This document shows positions 18,061 through 27,926 of a DNA stretch of 64,000 nt, piece after piece; within the stretch, counting starts at the first letter, position 1, and the number at the start of each line of letters is the position of its first letter. This DNA is from Nitrospiraceae bacterium (GTDB lineage: Bacteria > Nitrospirota > Thermodesulfovibrionia > UBA6902), in assembly GCA_003599505.1 (NCBI GenBank), contig QZKO01000067.1, positions 37,114 through 101,113 on the forward strand, read 5' to 3'. The position numbers and the translations under genes are program-made. Under the pieces are notes generated by a model, which saw only the letters and a list, made by a program, of their open reading frames with translations, had not been told where the DNA came from and made no database searches.

Positions 18061-18954
18061 ATGGCACAGTATTGTCCTACGGCCAAACTTGAAAAATTTC
18101 TTTTATCGACAGACGCCTCTGAATTCAGCGAAGGCGCCATACGGGAGGCAATAAACCTTTCGAAAACATGTTCAGGCAAACTGTTTGCCATATCCGTAAT
18201 CGAGACAAATCCCGAATATGAGACACTCGCTCCCCAGCTTGTCGAAAAGGCTGAAAAAGAGACGAGGCGGCACCTTGAAGCAGTAAAGGCGCGCGCTTTG
18301 AAGGAAGGCGTTGACTGCGAGATAATTGCGCGACAGGGAGACGAGCCTTACAGATACATTGTCGAAGAGGCTGAGAAAATTAAAGCAGAGATAATAATCA
18401 TGGGAAGGCGCGGCAGGAAAGGTCTCAAGAGGCTCATGATGGGCAGTGAGACTGCAAGGGTCATAGGACATGCCCCCTGCAAAGTGCTTGTAGTCCCGAG
18501 GGCCGCAAGAGTTGAATTCAGGAATATTCTTGTGGCAACCGATGGTTCAAAGTTTAGTGAGGCAGCCGTGTCGGAAGCAATAAGCATCGCAAAACGCTGC
18601 GATTCAAATCTGATCGTCATCTCGGTTGTTCCTTCTGAAGCAGGATCGCCTTTTGATATTGTCCATTCTGAAATGCATAAAGGGACCGTCTCTGACAAGG
18701 AATTTCAGGAAGCTGAAAAAAATGTAAAGAACGTAAAAACACTCGCTGAAGAAAACGGCGTCAGGGTCAAAGGATTCATCCTCTCAGGCAGACCCTATGA
18801 AGCAATAATCGAGACCGCAAAAGAGAATAAGGCCGACCTTATAGTAGTCGGCAGTCACGGCAGGACCGGACTTGCAAAAGTCTTTATGGGGAGCGTGACC
18901 GAAAGGGTCATCGGTCTTGCAGAATGCGCGGTACTGGTCGTGAAAGCCAAGTAA
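18061..18954 (+). CDS. Tandem-domain universal stress protein
   Basis: Two USP domains with MGRRG...MGSET and GSHGRTG...MGSV. Confidence 0.92.
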   Translation: MAQYCPTAKLEKFLLSTDASEFSEGAIREAINLSKTCSGKLFAISVIETNPEYETLAPQLVEKAEKETRRHLEAVKARALKEGVDCEIIARQGDEPYRYIVEEAEKIKAEIIIMGRRGRKGLKRLMMGSETARVIGHAPCKVLVVPRAARVEFRNILVATDGSKFSEAAVSEAISIAKRCDSNLIVISVVPSEAGSPFDIVHSEMHKGTVSDKEFQEAEKNVKNVKTLAEENGVRVKGFILSGRPYEAIIETAKENKADLIVVGSHGRTGLAKVFMGSVTERVIGLAECAVLVVKAK

Positions 18955-18962
18955 GTAATGTC

Positions 18963-20321
18963 CTAATTTTCCAGCCCGTACTTCTTCAGCTTTCTCCACA
19001 ACGACACCCTGTCGATGCCGAGAATTTCGGCTGCAACGGTCCTGTTGCCGCCAACCTCCTTCAGGACCCAACGGATATAAGACATCTCCTGCTCTTCAAG
19101 GGAGGGGATATTCCCTTCCTTTTTCCTGAAAGTCCTGATACTCAGCTCCTTCAGGTCTTCCGGAAGATGCGCCATTTCAATCGTACTGCTGTTTGAGAGG
19201 GCGACCCCTCTCTCAATAATATTTTCAAGTTCACGCACATTCCCAGGAAAATCATAATTCATCAGCACAGCCAGTACATCCTGAGATATATCACTGATAT
19301 CCTTTTTCATGAGGGCCGCGTATTTTTTGAGGAAATAGTAACTCAAGAAAGGGATGTCGTCTTTCCTTTCAGAAAGCGGCGGGATGCGGATAGAAACAAC
19401 ATTCAGCCTGAAATACAGGTCCTGCCTGAAATTGCCGCTTTTTATGGCATCGCTTATATCCCGGTTCGTCGCGGCTATGAACCTGACATCCACCTTGAGC
19501 GGCTTTGTCGCGCCGACCCGTAAAACCTCTTTTTCCTGGATGACCCTTAACAGCTTTACCTGCATGGACGGCGGCATCTCGGTTATCTCATCAAGGAGCA
19601 AGGTCCCGCCTGATGCCATTTCGATGAGCCCTTTCTTTTCCGCAGTAGCTCCGGTAAACGCGCCTTTTTCATGACCGAACAGCTCATTCGACAAAAGCTC
19701 CTTTGTAAAGGCCCCACAGTTGACGGCGAAGAACGGTCCTTCAGCCCTTGCGCTGTTGAAATGGATATAACGCGCGAACATTTCTTTTCCGGTCCCGCTT
19801 TCACCGCCCAGGAGGATATTGCAGTCAGTCGGCGCGATCTGACGGGACGTCTCAAGCAGCCTCTGCATATGAGGGTCCTGGGTGATGACCTTGACCCTGC
19901 CTTCAAATTTTTCAAGCTGCTCCCGCAGTTGCGCGTTCTCTTTTTTCAGCTTTACTTTCTCAATCGCCTCTCTGACCACCCTTCTCACCTCGTCAAGTTT
20001 GAGCGGTTTGGCGATGTAATCGTAAGCCCCCTTCTTTATTGCCTGTATGGCGGTCTGCACAGTGGCATATCCCGTTATCATGATTACCTCTGTATCAGGA
20101 TAAAGCTCCCTGCATTTTTTTAATATCTGCATACCGTCGACCTTTTCCATCTTCAGGTCCGTGAGCACGACGTCGACCCCCTGTTCTTCAATCAGCTTCA
20201 GCGCCTGCTGTCCCTTAGAGGTCCCCGTGACTGCGTATCCTTCCTTTTGCATTGCATTTACCAGACTTCTGAGCGAGATCGGCTCGTCGTCGACAATCAG
20301 TATTTTGGGCTTGTGTTCCAT
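18963..20321 (-). CDS. Sigma54-dependent response regulator (NtrC family)
   Basis: REC, GESGTGKE, GAFTGA, LLLDEI, FPGNVREL, Fis HTH; likely start ATG 20321. Confidence 0.95.
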   Translation of the reverse strand: MEHKPKILIVDDEPISLRSLVNAMQKEGYAVTGTSKGQQALKLIEEQGVDVVLTDLKMEKVDGMQILKKCRELYPDTEVIMITGYATVQTAIQAIKKGAYDYIAKPLKLDEVRRVVREAIEKVKLKKENAQLREQLEKFEGRVKVITQDPHMQRLLETSRQIAPTDCNILLGGESGTGKEMFARYIHFNSARAEGPFFAVNCGAFTKELLSNELFGHEKGAFTGATAEKKGLIEMASGGTLLLDEITEMPPSMQVKLLRVIQEKEVLRVGATKPLKVDVRFIAATNRDISDAIKSGNFRQDLYFRLNVVSIRIPPLSERKDDIPFLSYYFLKKYAALMKKDISDISQDVLAVLMNYDFPGNVRELENIIERGVALSNSSTIEMAHLPEDLKELSIRTFRKKEGNIPSLEEQEMSYIRWVLKEVGGNRTVAAEILGIDRVSLWRKLKKYGLEN

Positions 20322-20549
20322 CGTGTTTTTTTTCCTGAACCCTCGACCCCTCGACCATAGACCCTTATTCTGTAACATCTTACCATCCTTAATTGCAATT
20401 TGCAACATCACCCCCTCCAATGCAACAGTTTCGGATTCTCTCTATATTCGGTCTGTTAATTCAATCGCGATGCATTTTGCAATACTGCATAATACAAGTC
20501 CGGTTTCAGGAACATCGTGATTTCATGATGATATGTCTTTCTTTCATCC

Positions 20550-20565
20550 TGGCATGAATATTGAT
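20550..20565 (+). promoter_or_regulatory. Sigma54 -24/-12 promoter candidate
   Basis: TGGCAT-GAATA-TTGAT versus consensus TGGCAC-N5-TTGC; divergent from the activator gene. Confidence 0.65.
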
Positions 20566-20621
20566 AAAACAGACATCCGGAAGGTATGAAAAATTCCGAT
20601 AATCTTAGAAAGGAGGCTTAT

Positions 20622-20783
20622 ATGAAAAAGTTTCTGAAAAAATTAGAGACCGTTTATGCTGCGGCAGCGTTCGCGGAGGCCGGAGAATTCGAAACGGCAA
20701 GGGAGATGCTGAAAGAAGAAAAAAGAATAAAAAAGCGGGACATCGCAAAGCCCAGACCGCGGAAACAGTTAAGGGCGGATTGA
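20622..20783 (+). CDS. Small protein with AAAFAEAGE motif
   Basis: ATG 20622 after AGGAGG; motif repeated in the next gene. Confidence 0.75.
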   Translation: MKKFLKKLETVYAAAAFAEAGEFETAREMLKEEKRIKKRDIAKPRPRKQLRAD

Positions 20784-20786
20784 ACG

Positions 20787-21263
20787 ATGAAAAAGCGTCT
20801 GAAAGAATTGGATGATACATTTGCCGCCGCTGCCTTTGCCGAGGCAGGAGAGTTTGAGACCGCAAAACAGATACTCAAAGGCAGAAAAAAGGTATTGCTT
20901 ACGCTCACCGGCAGGGAAAGCGACCTGAAGTCATTCCGGTACGCTCTTAACATCTGCAAGCGTATAGACGCGGAGCTCGAAATACTTCATGTCAGTCGAA
21001 GCATCGGGACACTTAAACTGCTGAAGCAATTCCAGGATGAACCTGGAGCGGAAAAGACCGGTTTCAGGATAATCGAAGGCATCGGCTGTCTGAAGGAAGC
21101 CATTATCGGCCATACCGAAAAGAGCCCGGACATCCAGTTTGTCGTGGTTGAATCATCCGAAGCGCTCAATATGGACTGCACTAAAAATGAGAGGGTCCTT
21201 TCGAAGGCGTGGAAAAATTTAAAATGCCCCCTGGTGCTGGTTTCAGAGGCGTCAGGAGCATAG
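20787..21263 (+). CDS. AAAFAEAGE-motif protein with degenerate USP-like domain
   Basis: Same N-terminal motif, then VLLTLTG...YALNICKRIDAELEILHV. Confidence 0.75.
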   Translation: MKKRLKELDDTFAAAAFAEAGEFETAKQILKGRKKVLLTLTGRESDLKSFRYALNICKRIDAELEILHVSRSIGTLKLLKQFQDEPGAEKTGFRIIEGIGCLKEAIIGHTEKSPDIQFVVVESSEALNMDCTKNERVLSKAWKNLKCPLVLVSEASGA

Positions 21264-21297
21264 CTATCTACAAAATAAAATCGTTAAGGAGGAAAAC

Positions 21298-21549
21298 ATG
21301 TCACACAGCAATGTCAAAAAGAAGCCCGTCGGGAAGATGCTGCTGATGGGCGTCATATCGGCGGCGCTTTACGTGCTGCTGCTGTTAAAGCAGGACGTTA
21401 TTATCAGTTATATCGGTCAGGGCGGAGTGTATGCAATCTTGCCGATAATAACGGCATTCATATTTTCTTATGTTCACGGGTCATTCACAGGCGATTTCTG
21501 GACGGTCATGGGAATAGAGGCCGCGAAGAAGAAGAAGGAGGTAAAATAA
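21298..21549 (+). CDS. Small 2-TM membrane protein
   Basis: RBS; two hydrophobic helices; FSYVHGSFTGDFW. Confidence 0.75.
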   Translation: MSHSNVKKKPVGKMLLMGVISAALYVLLLLKQDVIISYIGQGGVYAILPIITAFIFSYVHGSFTGDFWTVMGIEAAKKKKEVK

Positions 21550-21550
21550 C

Positions 21551-22639
21551 ATGCAGGATATAGCTCAGGCAGCGACAAATTTTGTAGATCTTGAGTCATG
21601 GAACCTTATTTACCTCTTTCTCGTCGGCTTTGTCGGCGGCCTTGTAAGCGGATTCATAGGTTCAGGCGGGGCCTTCGTGCTCACACCGGCAATGATGAGC
21701 ATGGGCGTTCCCGGACTTGTTGCAGTCGCAAGCAATATGTGCCACAAGTTCCCCAAGGCGCTTATAGGCTCCCTCAAACGCGCAAAGTACGGACAGGTTG
21801 ATGTTAAACTGGGGATCGTTCTCGGCATATCCGCGGAGGCCGGAGTCCTTTATGGAGCGCATATTCAGGAGGGTATAAAGAAGTCATTCGGTGAAGCGGG
21901 TTCAAACCTGTACGTCAGCGCGGCTTTTGTAATAATCCTTGCCATAGTAGGCGGTTTTGTTCTGCTGGATGCCTGGAAGACTTACAGATCCGGCAACGCA
22001 CAGGAAGAAGAAAAGGCGACAAAACTTGCAAAGTGGGTGCAGTCAATCAACATCCCCGGCACGATGGTTTATTTCAAGTGCCTGAACGCCCGGATATCCG
22101 TCCTGTTCACCATACCTCTGGGCTTTGCGACAGGCATGCTGGCTGCAACAATAGCTGTGGGCGGCTTCATCGGCGTTCCTGCGATGATTTACGTTCTCGG
22201 CGCCCCCAGCCTCATGGCTTCAGCTACCGAGCTCGTAATCGCCTTTGTAATGGGTCTCGGTGGTTCGTTTAAGTACGCCCTGAGCGGGTTGGTCGATATC
22301 CGTCTTGCAATGATCATACTTGCAGGCTCGCTCTTCGGGATTCAGTTAGGCGCAATAGGAACGACCTATGTAAAACCGTTCATGATAAAAGTGGTCATGG
22401 GCGTAATCATGGTTATCGTCCTTTTCAGCCGCGCCCTGATGGTGCCGGTGTACATGTCCCAGCTTCATCTTATCGATGAAATCAGCGCCGGTTCGGCAGC
22501 GCTGCTGAAAAATGTAAGTTTCGGTATAATGATCTTCGCCCTTGCATTGGGAGCGTTTATAGTCCTGAGAGCCATGTGGCAGGGACGCAGAGCGGAGCAG
22601 TCGGCCGCGCGCGCGGCGTTTGAACATGGTGAAGCTTAA
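21551..22639 (+). CDS. TauE/SafE family permease (second paralogue)
   Basis: GFIGSGGAFVLTP, AVGGFIGVP motifs. Confidence 0.85.
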   Translation: MQDIAQAATNFVDLESWNLIYLFLVGFVGGLVSGFIGSGGAFVLTPAMMSMGVPGLVAVASNMCHKFPKALIGSLKRAKYGQVDVKLGIVLGISAEAGVLYGAHIQEGIKKSFGEAGSNLYVSAAFVIILAIVGGFVLLDAWKTYRSGNAQEEEKATKLAKWVQSINIPGTMVYFKCLNARISVLFTIPLGFATGMLAATIAVGGFIGVPAMIYVLGAPSLMASATELVIAFVMGLGGSFKYALSGLVDIRLAMIILAGSLFGIQLGAIGTTYVKPFMIKVVMGVIMVIVLFSRALMVPVYMSQLHLIDEISAGSAALLKNVSFGIMIFALALGAFIVLRAMWQGRRAEQSAARAAFEHGEA

Positions 22640-22641
22640 CT

Positions 22642-23496
22642 ATGGGATTGTACCGAAAAATACTCGTGGCCTTTGACGGCTCGGAATCAAGCGTGAATGC
22701 CCTTCATCAGGCATTCACGCTTGCCAATGACGAGAAGAGCTGGATAACCGTGGCAACGATAGTGCCTTCTTACGAAGGCGACCTGGACCTTACCGGTGTA
22801 AAGGACATACACAAGACACTGCGTCACACCGGAGAGGAAATGCTTTTTAGGGCAAAAGCGATTGCCGAAAAGGAGCGGGCGTTTATAAAAACCCTTCTCG
22901 AAGAAGGTCCGCCCTATGAAAAACTGGTGGACATCGCAGAAGCGGAAAATGCAGGGATCATCGTTATGGGAAGACAGGGGAAGTCACGTCTTGAGCGGGC
23001 TTTTGTGGGAAGCGTCACGGCCCGTGTTATCGGTCACGGCACAAGAGACGTCCTGGCCGTGCCTGAGAACGAGTCCCTCGGATGGAAGAAGATCCTTCTC
23101 GCGACCGACGGATCGAAGTATAGTGACGCCGCTGCCCAAAAGGCGATAGAGTTCGCGAAATCGTATGGCGGCGAGCTCAGGGCCATTTCAGTGGTCGACG
23201 TGCCGACTGAATTTTATGCGGAGGCCCCGAAAGCGGTAGAAGACCTGATCAGAAAAGCAAAAGAGTTTGTCGCGTCAATAAAGAAGACGGCTGAAGCCTC
23301 AGGTATTGTGACCGAAACCTTTATCGGCGAAGGCGAAGCATATCAGGTAATAACCGATTTTGCAAAAAAAGAAAATGCGAGTGTGATCCTCATGGGAAGT
23401 CACGGACGGACCGGTTTCAGGAAGGTCATCATGGGAAGCGTGACTGAAAAAGTTATCGGTTACGCCCCATGCCCTGTTCTGATTGTTAAATCCTGA
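22642..23496 (+). CDS. Tandem-domain universal stress protein
   Basis: Two USP domains. Confidence 0.92.
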   Translation: MGLYRKILVAFDGSESSVNALHQAFTLANDEKSWITVATIVPSYEGDLDLTGVKDIHKTLRHTGEEMLFRAKAIAEKERAFIKTLLEEGPPYEKLVDIAEAENAGIIVMGRQGKSRLERAFVGSVTARVIGHGTRDVLAVPENESLGWKKILLATDGSKYSDAAAQKAIEFAKSYGGELRAISVVDVPTEFYAEAPKAVEDLIRKAKEFVASIKKTAEASGIVTETFIGEGEAYQVITDFAKKENASVILMGSHGRTGFRKVIMGSVTEKVIGYAPCPVLIVKS

Positions 23497-23559
23497 CATC
23501 CCGACACTGACTCTATCCTCATGTCTTCAAAATAATGTATCATTAGAGACCGGTAATTT

Positions 23560-25269
23560 ATGCAATTAAAAATATGGCATAAGATGATCATCGGCATCTC
23601 CATCCCCGCGCTTATCACGTTAACAGGAGGTTTTTTCACGTACGCGTATATCAATGACGTGAAACTCAGGCATGGTTTTGTCGAGATAGCGGATGACCTG
23701 AGGGATCGGGTGCTTGAAGTCAGACGAAGCGAGAAAAATTTCGTGCTCCATAAAACAGAGGAGTATTACAACTACTGCAACGACGGGATAAATATACTTA
23801 ATCGCTCTCTGAACGGTATATCGCCGGAAATCGCTGAACAGGTCGGGAAGAATGATTTTTCATTCCTTCGTGATTCCCTTAAGGCATATTCAGGACTTCT
23901 GATCGACCTGCTGGGGCATTACCGGCAGGAAGATATATTTATTGAAAAAGTAAGGGATGAAGGAAGAAAGCTGGAGGCTTTCGTCAAAACGGAAAAACAC
24001 GCCCCGGAGCTCTCGATAAACTTTGTCCTGGATCTCAGACGCCTTGAAAAGGACTATATGCTGTTCCGAGACACGGCGTCCTTTAACAGGATGAATGATG
24101 CGCTTTCAGAAGTCAACAGCCTCGTACCTTCTTGCCCGGACTGCGCGCGGTATCCGGAAGCGATCAATGATCTCATTTCAGTTTACAACAAAATAAACGC
24201 TATGGAGAACGACCTGCTGATTGCCGGCAGGGGGATCGAAGACACGACAAACAGGATAGCGCAGAGCGAACGGCAAAAGGTAAATGCCTTTTTCACATCC
24301 ACGCAGCGGTTTTTGATGATCGTCCTTATTCTGTTTTGCACACTGATCCCTCTGTTCGTATACCAGACCGCCTCGTATGTCGTAGCGCCGATAAAACGGC
24401 TCGCTGATATCACACGGAAAATTTCAGAAGGCGATATGACATTGAGGGCGCCGATCAAAGAACATGATGAAACGTACACCCTTGCGGTATCGTTCAACAG
24501 GATGCTGGACCATCTGCAGCTCACCCGCAGTTCTCTGGAAAAAAGCCTTGAGCTCCTCCATGAAAAGCACGTGGAAGTGGAGAAGCGCGCGTCCCTCGGG
24601 TTCCTTGTTTCGGGGGTCGCCCACGAGCTTAACAACCCTCTCAACAATATCTCCCTCACAGCGGAAACAATGAAGGAAGACCTTCAGGAGCTTTCCACTG
24701 AAGAACTCAGGGAGCATATCCAGGATATTATCTCACAGAGCGAGCGCGCCAAACACATCATCGAAGAGCTCCTTGACTTTGCGGGCACGCGGAAATCTAC
24801 CGCCATGGAGAAGCTGGATATCATCAATGTGCTTGCGGAATCCATCAACCTTGTCGCGAACCAGTTGAAGGTCTCGCACATACATCTGAAAAAAGACATT
24901 CATAAAACCCCCGTCTTCATAAAAGGCAACCAGAGCAAGCTCGAAGAAATATTTGTCAACATCATGGTAAACGCCATCCACGCCATGAAAGAATCCGGGA
25001 CTCTTTCCATCTGCGCCAAACCGGACGAAAAAGAGAAATCCATCACCGTTGAAATAAGCGATACGGGATGCGGGATACCGAAGAAATATCTAAATAATAT
25101 TTTTGAGCCTTTTTACACCACCAAGCAGTCGGGCCTGGGGACCGGACTCGGTCTGGCCGTAACCCGCAGTCTTGTTGAAAAGCATTCCGGCGATATCGAT
25201 GTCAGGAGCAAAGTCGGCGAAGGCACGACCTTTACGGTAAGATTTCCGCTATACACGGAGACAGACTGA
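23560..25269 (+). CDS. HAMP-domain sensor histidine kinase
   Basis: Two TMs, HAMP, AHELNNPL H-box, N/G1/F/G2 boxes. Confidence 0.95.
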   Translation: MQLKIWHKMIIGISIPALITLTGGFFTYAYINDVKLRHGFVEIADDLRDRVLEVRRSEKNFVLHKTEEYYNYCNDGINILNRSLNGISPEIAEQVGKNDFSFLRDSLKAYSGLLIDLLGHYRQEDIFIEKVRDEGRKLEAFVKTEKHAPELSINFVLDLRRLEKDYMLFRDTASFNRMNDALSEVNSLVPSCPDCARYPEAINDLISVYNKINAMENDLLIAGRGIEDTTNRIAQSERQKVNAFFTSTQRFLMIVLILFCTLIPLFVYQTASYVVAPIKRLADITRKISEGDMTLRAPIKEHDETYTLAVSFNRMLDHLQLTRSSLEKSLELLHEKHVEVEKRASLGFLVSGVAHELNNPLNNISLTAETMKEDLQELSTEELREHIQDIISQSERAKHIIEELLDFAGTRKSTAMEKLDIINVLAESINLVANQLKVSHIHLKKDIHKTPVFIKGNQSKLEEIFVNIMVNAIHAMKESGTLSICAKPDEKEKSITVEISDTGCGIPKKYLNNIFEPFYTTKQSGLGTGLGLAVTRSLVEKHSGDIDVRSKVGEGTTFTVRFPLYTETD

Positions 25270-25274
25270 AATCC

Positions 25275-25664
25275 ATGGAAAACAAACTCCGCATCATGAT
25301 CGTTGATGATGAGCCTATCGTCGGAAAAAGACTCAAGCGGCTGTTTGAAAAAGAAGGCTTTGAGGTCGGGACCTGTACCAGGGGTTCTGTTGCAATTGAA
25401 GAGCTGAAAAGAAAACATTTCGACATTGTGATTACTGATCTCATGATGGGAAATGTTGACGGCATGAAGATTCTGGAATTTGTCAAAACGAACCACCATG
25501 TCACCCGGGTCATAATCATCACCGGTTTCGGCAAGAAGGAGACTGCTGCCGAGGCCTTCAGCAAAGGCGCCTTCGCTTTCATTATCAAGCCCTTTAAAAT
25601 TGATGAGCTCAGGGAAGTTGTCAGGAAGGCCTGCGCGGGATTAAAGGCCAAGAGCGCCTCCTGA
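25275..25664 (+). CDS. Single-domain response regulator
   Basis: IVDD, TDLMM, ITG, IKP. Confidence 0.93.
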   Translation: MENKLRIMIVDDEPIVGKRLKRLFEKEGFEVGTCTRGSVAIEELKRKHFDIVITDLMMGNVDGMKILEFVKTNHHVTRVIIITGFGKKETAAEAFSKGAFAFIIKPFKIDELREVVRKACAGLKAKSAS

Positions 25665-25688
25665 TTGATTAAATACTTTAATTGACGC

Positions 25689-27695
25689 TTACGGCAGGAC
25701 CTTGTCCACAATCTCTTCGATCCTGCTTGCGAACAGTATCTCGATCCCTTCCCTGATCTCCCCGGGAATACCGTCAGATTCTATTTTATTCTTGAGCGGC
25801 AGGATTACGGTCTTTACCTTCGCCCTTTTTGCGGCAAGTATTTTTTCCCTGACGCCGCCGACAGGCAGGATACGTCCGCTCAGGGTAAGCTCTCCGGTAA
25901 CCGCCACATCTCTCCTTGCGGGCCTGCCGGTAAGGAGGGAAACAAGGGCCAATGCAATGGTCGTCCCCGCTGAAGGCCCGTCCTTCGGTATGGCGCCTGC
26001 AGGGACGTGTATGTGGACGTCATGGCCTTCAAAAAAGTTTTCGGGGATGCCGAATGCCGGCGCGTTGCTGCGGATGTAACTAAGCGCAGTCTGCGCCGAT
26101 TCACGCATCACGTCTCCGAGGGAGCCGGTCAGGATTATCTGCTGCCTCCCCTTCATTGTCGCGGCCTCAATGAATATGATATCGCCTCCCACCTCCGTCC
26201 ATACAAGCCCTGTTGTGACGCCCGGCCTGTTCTTCCCTTCCGCGATTTCAAAGTAATATCTTCGCGGCCCCAGAAATTTTTCAATTGCAGCGGGAGTTAT
26301 CATCACTGCTTCGGCTTTCCCGTGCTCCTGCACATAATCCTTTGCGATCTTCCGGCATATCGCCGAGATCTCCCTGTTTAAATTCCGTATACCCGCCTCA
26401 TATGTATATTCCTGGATAATCCTGTAAATTGCGTCTTCGGTAAATCCGGGCGGGTTATCGGTCAGGCCCGTTTCCCTTATCTGCCGGGGGACCAGAAACC
26501 GGGACGCGATGTTCACCTTCTCTTCTTCCGTGTAGCCGGAGAAACGGATTACCTCCATCCGGTCTCTCAGGACATCGGAAATATTTTCGGCAATGTTGGC
26601 AGTAATAATAAACATAACGTTTGAAAGGTCAAAAGGGACGTCAAGATAATGGTCTATGAAGTTCGCGTTCTGCTCGGGGTCCAGCGCCTCAAGCAGGGCC
26701 GCGGCTGGGTCTCCCTTTGAATCATTCCCTATCTTGTCCAGCTCGTCAAGTATTATCAGTGGATTGGACGAGCCCGCCCTGCGGATTTCCTCGATGATCC
26801 TCCCGGGCATGGCCCCCGCGTAAGTCCTTCTGTGCCCCCTGATCTCGGCCTCGTCCTTTACTCCTCCCAGTGAGATGCGTACGAACTTCCTTCCGAGGGC
26901 GCGCGCGACAGACCGTCCGAGAGAGGTCTTGCCTGTTCCCGGAGGGCCTGAAAAGCAGAGCACCGGTCCTTTTGTTTCCCGCTTAAAACTCTTTCTGTCC
27001 AGCGCCTGTTTCACCACTGATTTAACGTCATCGAGACTGAACGGCTTCGCGATATAATGAAAGGCCCCGTGTTTCATGGATTCCACGGCGCTGTCCACTG
27101 TTGCGTATCCCGTAATCATGACCACCGCTGTATCAGGATGCCTCGTCTTCGTCCTTTTCAGTATCTCCATGCCGTCTATATGCTCCATTTTAAGGTCGGT
27201 GAGTATGACGTCAAAGCCGGATGCTTCAATCCTCTTCATGGCTTCAACACCGTCCGGAGCAGTGACCACTGTGTAATTCTCCTTTGTCAGCGCATGGGTC
27301 AGATTCCTCCTGACTATCTCCTCATCATCCACTACCAGTATCCTCGGCCTCCTGTTCATCTTCAGATTTTTGACCGCGAGATATTCCAGTATCCTTTCCT
27401 TGATCTTCTGTAATCCGTAGTGGTCTTCATCGAGGGTCCCTGCCGCCCTTTCAAGGTCCAGGTTGTCGTCGGTTTTTCTGTTCCACGGGAGGGAGACAAG
27501 GTATTCAATGTATGTAACCCCGATTGTGTATTCAGCGGTAGCGGGGCCCATCTTCTGCAGCAGGCCGAGCTCCCTGACTGCTATCTGCTCCGCGGGTGAA
27601 GGCATCCGGGCGTTCCTGATCTTTTCCTGCAGCTCTTCCAACACCGCGTCAGTCTTTGTGTCTTCCGGCTCCTCTGACTTCCCGAAGAATTTCAT
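25689..27695 (-). CDS. lon: Lon protease lacking the N-domain, with an internal REC domain
   Basis: GPPGTGKT, ILDELDK, KDGPSAG and REKIL catalytic dyad; REC at about 26994-27350; ATG 27695 after GGAGG. Confidence 0.92.
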   Translation of the reverse strand: MKFFGKSEEPEDTKTDAVLEELQEKIRNARMPSPAEQIAVRELGLLQKMGPATAEYTIGVTYIEYLVSLPWNRKTDDNLDLERAAGTLDEDHYGLQKIKERILEYLAVKNLKMNRRPRILVVDDEEIVRRNLTHALTKENYTVVTAPDGVEAMKRIEASGFDVILTDLKMEHIDGMEILKRTKTRHPDTAVVMITGYATVDSAVESMKHGAFHYIAKPFSLDDVKSVVKQALDRKSFKRETKGPVLCFSGPPGTGKTSLGRSVARALGRKFVRISLGGVKDEAEIRGHRRTYAGAMPGRIIEEIRRAGSSNPLIILDELDKIGNDSKGDPAAALLEALDPEQNANFIDHYLDVPFDLSNVMFIITANIAENISDVLRDRMEVIRFSGYTEEEKVNIASRFLVPRQIRETGLTDNPPGFTEDAIYRIIQEYTYEAGIRNLNREISAICRKIAKDYVQEHGKAEAVMITPAAIEKFLGPRRYYFEIAEGKNRPGVTTGLVWTEVGGDIIFIEAATMKGRQQIILTGSLGDVMRESAQTALSYIRSNAPAFGIPENFFEGHDVHIHVPAGAIPKDGPSAGTTIALALVSLLTGRPARRDVAVTGELTLSGRILPVGGVREKILAAKRAKVKTVILPLKNKIESDGIPGEIREGIEILFASRIEEIVDKVLP

Positions 27696-27893
27696 GTAAA
27701 CCAAGCCTCCGGCGGTCCGCTGAAGAACCGTTCAAGGGGGATGCCGCCCTCTCCTATAAGTAAAACTGAAGCATCGGGATATTTCATCCGGAACCTGTTA
27801 ATGCCTGCTCTGCCCCTGACAGTTCCGCTCTTTACTTCAAGCGCCCATGTTGAAGCCCCCTTGGTCACGATAAAGTTTACTTCAAAGCCAACA

Positions 27894-27926
27894 AATACTC
27901 AATGATTGAGTATTATTACTCAATGA
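27894..27926. promoter_or_regulatory. Palindrome/direct repeat in the lon-nhaA divergent region
   Basis: AATACTCAAT-G-ATTGAGTATT plus second TACTCAATGA at 27917. Confidence 0.45.
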
